64,000 nucleotides of DNA, from positions 17,121 to 81,120 of the forward strand of contig CAKSHP010000005.1 of the NCBI GenBank assembly GCA_934457145.1, given 5' to 3'. Positions 57,251 to 64,000 of the stretch are shown here, piece after piece (the first letter of the stretch is position 1; each line of letters opens with the position of its first letter). The stretch comes from an uncultured Clostridia bacterium. GTDB lineage: Bacteria > Bacillota > Clostridia > UBA1381 > UMGS1253. The translations under genes were made by a program, and so were the position numbers. Below the pieces are notes generated by a model that saw nothing but the letters and a program-made list of their open reading frames with translations, searched no databases and was not told where the DNA came from.

Positions 57251-58715
57251 TGCACTCACCTCCGATTTTTGGTTTTCTATACATAATTTCATGATTTTTT
57301 TCTTCAAATTTGTATGCTGCGTTTAAAAGCTTGTTTTCCGTGAACTTGTCGCCTATAAGCTGCAAGCCTATCGGCATATCGTTTTTATCATAGCCGCAGG
57401 GTATACTGATTGCGGGAAGCTGGGCAATGTTTACCGGAACTGTGCACATATCCGTAAGATACATTTCAACAGGATCGCAATTCATAAGTTCGCCTATGCC
57501 GAATGCCGTCTGAGCAACAGTGGGGCACAAAAGCATGTCCACCTGCTCAAAGGCTTTTGAAAAGTTTTTCTTTATAACTTCTCTCATAATCTCGGCTTTT
57601 TTGTAGTATGCGTCAAAGTATCCGGAACTTAAAACATAGTTTCCGAGCATAATTCTTCTTTTAACTTCTCTGCCAAATCCCTCGTCGCGGGTTTTGCAAA
57701 TCATTTCTTCGGTGTTTAGAAAGTTTTCGCAGCGGTGACCGTAACGAACGCCGTCATATCTTGAAAGGTTTGACGATGCCTCGGCGCATGCTAAAATATA
57801 GTATACCGGAAGCGACAGCTCGAACTGGTCAATCGTTATATTTTCAATTATAGCGCCCATATCCTCAAAGGATTTTATTGCGTCTTTCATGGCTTTGTCA
57901 ATTTCGGAATTTAAGCCTTCGAATAAATTTGAAAGCACGCCTATTTTCAAGCCTTTAATGTTTTTTTCAAGCTCATTAAATGATGGCTTTCTTTCATAGT
58001 TTTCACAGGTTGCGTCTTTTTCATCGTATTTTGAGATTGCGTCAAAAACGATTGACGTGTCTTCAACGCTTGATGCCAGAACGCCTATCTGATCAAGGCT
58101 TGAGCCGTATGCCACAAGTCCCCATCTTGAAACTGCGCCGTAGGTTGGCTTTAAACCGACTATACCGCAGAAGCTTGCCGGCTGGCGAACGCTTCCGCCC
58201 GTGTCTGAACCTAAGGCATAAACCGCCATATCTGCCGCAGCAGCTGCTGCGCCACCGCCCGATGAACCGCCGGGAACGCGGTTTATATCGTGGGGGTTTT
58301 TGGTCGGTCCGTAGTATGATGTTTCGCATGTTGAACCCATTGCAAACTCGTCCATGTTTGTTTTGCCGAGCAAAACCGCGCCTTTATCGTCAAGCTGCTC
58401 ATATGCAAAAGCGTTGTAGACGGGTTTGTAGTTATTAAGCATTTTTGAGCCGCAGCTCGTTGTTATGCCTTTTGTTGAGATACAGTCTTTAATTGTCATT
58501 GGTATACCGCATAAAACGTCTATTTTCTCGCCTGCGGCAATTTTTTTATCTGTTTCGGCGGCGCGTTTTAAAGCTTCCTTTTCGGTAATGCATGTGTAGG
58601 CATTAATATCGCCGTCGTGCGTTTTTATATAGTCAAGATATTTTTGTGTAAGCTCGGTTGCGGTTATTTTTCCGCTGACAAGCATATCGTGCAGTTTTAA
58701 AATTTTACCCTTCAT
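57240..58715 (-). CDS. gatA: Asp/Glu-tRNA amidotransferase subunit A
   Basis: Amidase signature GGSSGGGAAAAAA...GSDTGGSVRQPASFCG. The inner ATG 58715 overlaps gatC by 11 nt. Confidence 0.95.
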   Translation of the reverse strand: MKGKILKLHDMLVSGKITATELTQKYLDYIKTHDGDINAYTCITEKEALKRAAETDKKIAAGEKIDVLCGIPMTIKDCISTKGITTSCGSKMLNNYKPVYNAFAYEQLDDKGAVLLGKTNMDEFAMGSTCETSYYGPTKNPHDINRVPGGSSGGGAAAAAADMAVYALGSDTGGSVRQPASFCGIVGLKPTYGAVSRWGLVAYGSSLDQIGVLASSVEDTSIVFDAISKYDEKDATCENYERKPSFNELEKNIKGLKIGVLSNLFEGLNSEIDKAMKDAIKSFEDMGAIIENITIDQFELSLPVYYILACAEASSNLSRYDGVRYGHRCENFLNTEEMICKTRDEGFGREVKRRIMLGNYVLSSGYFDAYYKKAEIMREVIKKNFSKAFEQVDMLLCPTVAQTAFGIGELMNCDPVEMYLTDMCTVPVNIAQLPAISIPCGYDKNDMPIGLQLIGDKFTENKLLNAAYKFEEKNHEIMYRKPKIGGECIEF

Positions 58716-58995
58716 AGTGTTCACTCCTTCTCGGCAGCTTAAAATATCCGTCCTCTGCGGTCGGCGCATTTTTAAGTATGTCTTCTCTGTCGTAAGATGT
58801 GATTACAATGTCCTCGCGGAGCGGGGCAACATCTTTTGCATATATGCCGTTCGGTTCTTCGTATTTTGACTTGCTTATCATATCCGCAAAAGAAACTATA
58901 GACTGCATATCAACTGTGAGAATATCTATTTCTTCATCGGAAAGGGTTAGCTTTGAAAGCTTTGCAAGCTTTACAACCTCGTCTCTTTCAACCAT
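58705..58995 (-). CDS. gatC: Asp/Glu-tRNA amidotransferase subunit C
   Basis: VVKLAKLSKLTLSDEEI...LREDI. Confidence 0.85.
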   Translation of the reverse strand: MVERDEVVKLAKLSKLTLSDEEIDILTVDMQSIVSFADMISKSKYEEPNGIYAKDVAPLREDIVITSYDREDILKNAPTAEDGYFKLPRRSEHYEG

Positions 58996-59081
58996 TTTCT
59001 CCATTCCTTTCAAATTTCAAAGTTTAATCTGTAATACGGCAAAGGTTGTCAAAGTGGCAGTTTGATTTATCTGTTTATTAA

Positions 59082-60836
59082 TCAGCGTATCTTTATGTGT
59101 ACTTCACGCAGCTGCTGCTCGCTCACTTCGTTTGGCGCACCTATCAATAAATCCTGTGCGTTTGCTGTCATGGGGAATGCTATAACTTCACGGATGCAGT
59201 TTTCATGAAGCAAAAGCATAACCATTCTGTCTATTCCGGGTGCCATACCTGCATGCGGCGGCGCACCGTATTGGAAACTGTTGTAGAGCGATGTGAATTT
59301 TTCTTTTATATCGTCTTCGGTGTATCCCGCAATTTCAAATGCCTTAACCATGATTTCCGGGCTGTGGTTTCTGACTGCTCCGCTGCTTAACTCAACTCCG
59401 TTTACAACGATATCATACTGATAAGCCAAAATATCCAGCGGATCTTTATTTAACAGTGCGTCCATTCCGCCCTGGGGCATTGAAAAGGGGTTGTGCGTGA
59501 ATATAATTTTTCCTGTTTCTTCGTCTCTTTCATACATCGGAAAGTCTACTATGAAACAGAATTTGTATTCGTTTTCGTTAATAAGGTTCATTCTTCTTGC
59601 AAGCTCTGTGCGGATTTGTCCGGCAAGAGAGCTTACGATGTATGCTGCGTCGGAGATAAAGAACAAAACGTCGCCGCCTTCAAGATTTGAAAGACGGATA
59701 AGCTCTTTTTGTTCTTCTTCGGGAACGAACTTTGCAATCGGGCCTGCAAGGTTAAAGTTTTCGTCGCATTTTACATAGCCAAGACCTTTCATGCCGATTT
59801 CGGTTGCAAATTTTAACATGTTTTCAAAAAAGCTTTTCGGCTGGCTTGCTCCGCCTTTAAGGTTTATTGCGCGAACAATTTTTCCTTTAAACGGCGCAAA
59901 GTTGCAGCGTAAAAACAAATCGGACAGATCTATTATTTCAAGCGGATTTCTAAGGTCGGGCTTGTCCGTGCCGTATTTGAGCATTGCTTCTTTGTACGGT
60001 ATTTTAACAAACGGCGCTTCGTCAACAATGCTTCCCTTGGGAGCAAACTGCTTAAATGTTTTCGATAAAACGTCCTGAGCAATTTCGAACACGTCCTCCT
60101 GTGAGGCAAATGCCATTTCAAAGTCTAACTGATAAAATTCGCCGGGGGAGCGGTCGGCTCTTGCGTCCTCGTCTCTGAAACACGGCGCAATCTGAAAGTA
60201 TCTGTCAAAACCGGACACCATCAAAAGCTGTTTGAAAATCTGCGGTGCCTGAGGAAGTGCATAAAACTGACCTTTGTATTTTCTGCTCGGAACAAGATAA
60301 TCTCTTGCGCCCTCGGGAGATGAAGCTCCCAGAATAGGAGTTTGCATTTCCAAAAATCCAAGCTCGTTCATGCGGTTTCTTAAAAAGGAAATAATTTTTG
60401 AACGCATAACCATATTGTTATGCACCTTTTCGTTACGCAAATCCAAAAAGCGGTATTTTAAACGGATTTCCTCTTTTGTTTCAGTGCTGTGAGCAACTTC
60501 AAACGGAAGCTGTTCATAAACGCTGCCCAAAACTTCGATTGCCACATCTGTAATTTCAATTTCACCTGTGGTGATTTTTTTGTTAACGGTTTCCGCGTCG
60601 CGCTCGGTAACCACGCCGGTTACGCGAACTGCCGTTTCTTTTGATATGCCGTTTAAGAGGGCGTCGTCTTTTATAACCACCTGAGTTATTCCGTACTGAT
60701 CGCGAAGATCAATAAAAATAACGCCGCCGTGGTCGCGTATGTTAAACACCCAGCCGCACAGAGAAACCTTTTTTCCTATATCGTTTTTGCAAAGCTCACC
60801 GCAAGTGTGAGAACGAAGCTTTGTTGTTAAATCCAT
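59082..60836 (-). CDS. aspS: aspartate--tRNA ligase
   Basis: OB-fold N-terminus, class II motifs FRDEDARADR and GGxxxGxDR-like GMAPGIDRMVML. 584 aa. Confidence 0.95.
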   Translation of the reverse strand: MDLTTKLRSHTCGELCKNDIGKKVSLCGWVFNIRDHGGVIFIDLRDQYGITQVVIKDDALLNGISKETAVRVTGVVTERDAETVNKKITTGEIEITDVAIEVLGSVYEQLPFEVAHSTETKEEIRLKYRFLDLRNEKVHNNMVMRSKIISFLRNRMNELGFLEMQTPILGASSPEGARDYLVPSRKYKGQFYALPQAPQIFKQLLMVSGFDRYFQIAPCFRDEDARADRSPGEFYQLDFEMAFASQEDVFEIAQDVLSKTFKQFAPKGSIVDEAPFVKIPYKEAMLKYGTDKPDLRNPLEIIDLSDLFLRCNFAPFKGKIVRAINLKGGASQPKSFFENMLKFATEIGMKGLGYVKCDENFNLAGPIAKFVPEEEQKELIRLSNLEGGDVLFFISDAAYIVSSLAGQIRTELARRMNLINENEYKFCFIVDFPMYERDEETGKIIFTHNPFSMPQGGMDALLNKDPLDILAYQYDIVVNGVELSSGAVRNHSPEIMVKAFEIAGYTEDDIKEKFTSLYNSFQYGAPPHAGMAPGIDRMVMLLLHENCIREVIAFPMTANAQDLLIGAPNEVSEQQLREVHIKIR

Positions 60837-60889
60837 TTATACTACCTCCGGTAAAAATTATATCATTCCCATATTATATCTATTAGAAT

Positions 60890-60918
60890 ATTATAATATT
60901 AATTGCCGCGCTTGTCAA
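60890..60918 (-). promoter_or_regulatory. consensus promoter TTGACA-17-TATAAT for aspS
   Basis: The minus strand reads TTGACAagcgcggcaattaatatTATAAT. Confidence 0.65.
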
Positions 60919-61048
60919 GTTTTTAAGCATATTTTTATCCGTAATTATGCTCATAATCCAATATTTTTATGTTGTTTTAAAAAAAATATATTTCTTTTGC
61001 GAAAAAAAGCGGAATTTATTATGCATTTTGCTTTTGAGATTATACAAA

Positions 61049-61077
61049 TTGACATGAATAACATTTTGTGATATAAT
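61049..61077 (+). promoter_or_regulatory. consensus promoter TTGACA-17-(TGa)TATAAT
   Basis: TTGACA is at 61049-61054 and an extended -10 ends at 61077. Confidence 0.65.
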
Positions 61078-61132
61078 GTGTAAAATCTATGCATTACTAT
61101 TTGATGCATTAACCAAAAGAGGGAGAATTATT

Positions 61133-62617
61133 ATGAATACAGGTGCAGATAAAGAAAAAATAATACCACCGTTTAAAATGGCAGCAAATTTATATTTTGT
61201 CGGAACATATGAAGCTTCGTCTCATTTGATAGCAACAAAAGAGGGGTTGATACTTATTGATGCGGGATATCCGCAGACAGCAGATGTGATTGCAAATGGA
61301 ATAAAGACTCTCGGATTTGATATAGAGAATTTAAAATATATTATTCTTTCACATGAGCATATTGACCATACAGGTGGTGTCAGACGTTTGTTAAAGCTGG
61401 CGCCGAATGCAAAAACATGTATAGGAAGAAGAGCGGCAAATTTTGCAAGTTATAAAGGCTTTTTAAAAGAGTGCGTTTTTACACCGGACATAATTTTAAA
61501 TGATGGCGATGTTGTACAGCTTGATGACATACGGATATTTTGCATGGAAACACCCGGACATACGCCCGGAACAATGTCGTTTTTCTTTGATGTGGAGGAA
61601 AACGGCAAAAAGCTGCGTGTCGGAACTTTTGGCGGTGCAAGCGTAAATCAAATACGTAAAGATTGGTTGGATAAATATAATCTTCCGTACAGGCTCAGAG
61701 GTGAGTACTATGAGTCTGTACAAAGATTGAAAAAAGAGCATGTGGATGTATTTATGGCAAATCATTCATGGCAAAACAACACTAAGGAAAGATATGAAAA
61801 AAGCCTTGTTTCAAGTGAAAACCCGTTTATAGATTCTGCGCTTTGGAGTAAGTTTTTGAATGATTGCGAAAAAAATCTTGAAGATATGATGCTTGAGGAG
61901 AGCCGCAGCATGTTTGTAAATTATGCACACAGAGGAGCAAGCGAGTATGCGCCCGAAAACACATTTATGTCATTTTATTTGGGATTGTTCATGCAGGCAA
62001 ACGGAATTGAAACAGATGTGCAGATAACAAAAGATAAAACCCTTGTTTTGTTTCATGATGACTCGCTTAACAGAACAGTAAACGAGAATGGACAAATATC
62101 CGATTATACATATGATGAGTTACAAGTATTTGATGTCGTAAAAGGAAATTTAAAAGACAAAATAGTAAAATTCGAAGATTTTTTAAAAATGTTTGGACAT
62201 CGTGATATAACTTTTGCAATAGAGCTGAAAGTTGACGGAATTGAAGAGGCGGTTATAGATTTATTGAAAAAGTATGATATGCAAAACAAAACGATTATTA
62301 CATCATTTTCATTTGATATGGTGCGTGCAGCTAAAAAATATGCGCCTGAATTCAGAATTGGATATCTGACGAAAGAAATTAGTGAAGATGTTGAACGGCA
62401 GCTTGTCGAAATTGGTGCCGACCAAATTTGTCCGAAAGCAGAACAGATTACCCGCGAAAGGGTTGACCGTTGGCATAAACTCGGTTTTAATGTCCGTGCA
62501 TGGGGAGTGTGCAGCGAGAAAATTATGAAAAATGTGTACGACTGTATGGCTGATGGAATGACAGTTAATTTCCCGGATAAGTTAAACAGCTATATTAGAT
62601 CAAAGGGTAAAAAATAA
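61133..62617 (+). CDS. fusion protein: metallo-beta-lactamase fold plus glycerophosphodiester phosphodiesterase (GDPD)
   Basis: The inner ATG follows AGAGGGAG. The N-terminal half has SHEHIDHTGG (HxHxDH). The C-terminal half has HRGASEYAPENT...ETDVQITKDKTLVLFHDDSLNRT. Confidence 0.8.
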   Translation: MNTGADKEKIIPPFKMAANLYFVGTYEASSHLIATKEGLILIDAGYPQTADVIANGIKTLGFDIENLKYIILSHEHIDHTGGVRRLLKLAPNAKTCIGRRAANFASYKGFLKECVFTPDIILNDGDVVQLDDIRIFCMETPGHTPGTMSFFFDVEENGKKLRVGTFGGASVNQIRKDWLDKYNLPYRLRGEYYESVQRLKKEHVDVFMANHSWQNNTKERYEKSLVSSENPFIDSALWSKFLNDCEKNLEDMMLEESRSMFVNYAHRGASEYAPENTFMSFYLGLFMQANGIETDVQITKDKTLVLFHDDSLNRTVNENGQISDYTYDELQVFDVVKGNLKDKIVKFEDFLKMFGHRDITFAIELKVDGIEEAVIDLLKKYDMQNKTIITSFSFDMVRAAKKYAPEFRIGYLTKEISEDVERQLVEIGADQICPKAEQITRERVDRWHKLGFNVRAWGVCSEKIMKNVYDCMADGMTVNFPDKLNSYIRSKGKK

Positions 62618-62626
62618 AATACCGGT

Positions 62627-62671
62627 AAAAAAGCTGGCGAAAAGTTTAAAAGGGTTTTCGTCAGCTTTTTT
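62627..62671 (+). terminator. terminator after the MBL-GDPD gene
   Basis: AGCTGGCGAAA pairs with TTTCGTCAGCT, followed by a T-run. Confidence 0.7.
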
Positions 62672-62692
62672 GTTTAAAACAGTTTGTAAATA

Positions 62693-63365
62693 TTATTTGG
62701 TGTCTGATATGTAGATATAATAATTGTCCCATGTAACATCGCAGCCGAAAGCTTCTGCAATTACCCGTGTTGGCACGATTGTACGCTCATCTTGTATCAT
62801 CGGGGCTGCATCTGAATACTCCTTTTTACGCGGCGCTTTTTTTCAGCTTTTTGATAATAATAACATTTACTATCGATACTGCAAGCGTTATATATGGCAT
62901 AGATGTCAATTTAAATATTTTAAAAATCAAACACATTAAACCGACAAAAACAATAAATAAAATTGAAACAATCATTAAAATTATTGAACCGGCAGTGCCA
63001 TATTTATGATTTTTCGGTTTATTTGTCAGTGCTGTGATTATGTATACAATATTAAAAATAACACCGACAAAAGCTATCAGGGCAATTGCTGTTGTTATCA
63101 CAAAAGCAACTCCGTCCTGATACTGATTTCCTGCAAGTATGTAACCGAACAAAGAAAAGGCAGGCGTTTGATCTTCCATTCCGAATAAAGAGTATAAACT
63201 CTTTGCAACGGGCACTTCAAGCCATTTAAGAAACGGCAGAATTACTCCCAAAACCGCCAGTACTACACTTGTGTACAGCATTGGTTTGCTTACCGGTTTT
63301 CGGCCGCACTCCTCGCGAAAACGTGCGTTGGTAAAAATTTATTTTCCGCATTTTTCACAATACAT
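62693..63365 (-). pseudogene. decayed zinc-ribbon/membrane/stalk-domain gene
   Basis: ATG 63365 after GGAG gives MYCEKCGK, then TAA, then IFTNARFREECGRKPVSKP in frame with ORF 62826..63281 (four TM segments). After that ORF's stop, a -1-shifted frame encodes DERTIVPTRVIAEAFGCDVTWD, a copper-amine-oxidase-N-like motif, ending at 62693. Confidence 0.55.
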
Positions 63366-63441
63366 AATAAATTCTCCAGTATATTTTTATTTACACACGC
63401 TTTTTGAGAAAAAACACAAAACTCCTTTCTTTTCCGTAAAT

Positions 63442-63626
63442 TAAAAAAGGTGTGCAACTATCGATGTTACACACCTAAAAAATGCAAACTCCGATTTGTT
63501 GTCACACAAGTTTCCATATACCTTACACAATCAAAAAAGTATGCAAAAATAGAGCATGCATTTTTACCAAAGGAAAAAAACACATACTTTTTTAAAAATA
63601 TGTAAGGCAATAACCTCTTGTGTGAC
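63442..63626 (-). ncRNA. candidate structured RNA (class unknown): sRNA or cis-regulatory leader
   Basis: Three nested perfect helices. The 10-bp helix pairs 63626-63617 with 63510-63501. The 7-bp helix pairs 63607-63601 with 63527-63521. The 11-bp helix pairs 63593-63583 with 63543-63533. A terminator follows: AGGTGTG pairs with CACACCT (63476-63448), then U6. Confidence 0.5.
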
Positions 63627-63632
63627 AGTGTT

Positions 63633-63660
63633 AGTATATCACATATGCAAAAAAATGCAA
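63633..63660 (-). promoter_or_regulatory. promoter TTGCAT-16-(TGa)TATACT for the candidate RNA
   Basis: The minus strand reads TTGCATttttttgcatatgtgaTATACT. Confidence 0.5.
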
Positions 63661-63724
63661 TACAAAATTTTGGCTGACGGATTAAACATATAAAAAATAA
63701 AAGAATATAAAAACGGCAGCGGGT

Positions 63725-63772
63725 AAAAAAATAAACCGCCGAAAATTTCTGATTTACAGAGAGTCGGCGGTT
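63725..63772 (-). terminator. terminator after the ybaK-like gene
   Basis: AACCGCCGA pairs with TCGGCGGTT, followed by a U-run on the minus strand. Confidence 0.7.
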
Positions 63773-63795
63773 AGAAATATTATCGGTGTAAAAAA

Positions 63796-64000
63796 TCACA
63801 CCTGCTCACATATTTTGCACACATCTATATAAGATGCGGCATTTGAAATTTTAAAAAGAGTGTTTAAATCAAGTTCAATTGCCGAATTTGAGCTGCCACA
63901 TGCGGGAAAAACGGTTTCAAAGCGTTTTAAGCTTTCGTCTAAATATATTTTAACATTTTTATTTTCAATCGCAAACGGGCAAACTCCTCCGACTGCGTGG
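63796..64000 (-). CDS. YbaK/EbsC-type aminoacyl-tRNA editing domain protein (C-terminal part; the gene starts right of the window)
   Basis: Reverse translation gives HAVGGVCPFAIENKNVKIYLDESLKRFETVFPACGSSNSAIELDL...stop. Confidence 0.65.
   Translation of the reverse strand, partial: HAVGGVCPFAIENKNVKIYLDESLKRFETVFPACGSSNSAIELDLNTLFKISNAASYIDVCKICEQV

Noticed and set aside
60837-61048. T-box leader upstream of aspS.
   Set aside because: A consensus promoter sits only ~50 nt upstream of the start codon. There is no room for a T-box, and no specifier or terminator architecture is visible.
63467-63799. 110-aa minus-strand ORF in the ybaK-proximal gap.
   Set aside because: It crosses a terminator, a promoter and three long perfect helices. 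The translation is Phe/Cys/Ile-rich nonsense. The region is better explained as a structured RNA.

Overview
This is an AT-rich chromosomal window that looks like an anaerobic, spore-forming Firmicute of the Clostridia type. Supporting features are yabP-yabQ-divIC-yabR synteny, veg, an S-layer protein with SLH domains, a glycyl-radical enzyme and gatCAB. Most of the window is housekeeping. The left end carries the conserved rpmH-rnpA-yidD-yidC-jag-mnmE cluster on the minus strand, but no dnaA sits next to rpmH. Then come tRNA-Arg(CCG), feoAB, tmk, a PucR-type regulator with a CorA-like channel, hsp20 and mutS2. The middle holds mazG-hup-yabOPQ-divIC-yabR, coaD and a MATE pump. The right end holds nagZ/nagA/nagB and an aspS-gatCAB-esterase-metA string.

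The clearly accessory part is about 16.9-27.5 kb. It holds a Sec-signal Rhs/YD-repeat polymorphic toxin of roughly 1945 aa. A 220-aa alpha/beta-hydrolase (lipase-like, GHSKGG) C-terminal module follows the DPSGL cleavage motif. A translationally coupled small membrane protein comes next, then a second diverged copy of the same three-gene cassette. The cassette region also contains a mosaic 0.8-kb direct repeat, an in-frame TAA shared by both repeat copies, and a recurring GC-rich hairpin at every cassette boundary.

Other items worth a second look:
- A self-contained operon of two paralogous acidic micro-peptides (43 and 32 aa) that is absent from the ORF track.
- An unusually short (671 aa) glycyl-radical enzyme with its activase, next to a flavodiiron protein.
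- A roughly 185-nt structured RNA with three nested perfect helices, its own promoter and its own terminator.
- A decayed zinc-ribbon membrane gene.
- A 102-103-nt tandem repeat.
- A fused metallo-beta-lactamase/GDPD protein.

All functional calls rest on motifs read by eye from the translations. No database search was possible. Start codons I adjusted relative to the ORF track are noted in the evidence fields.
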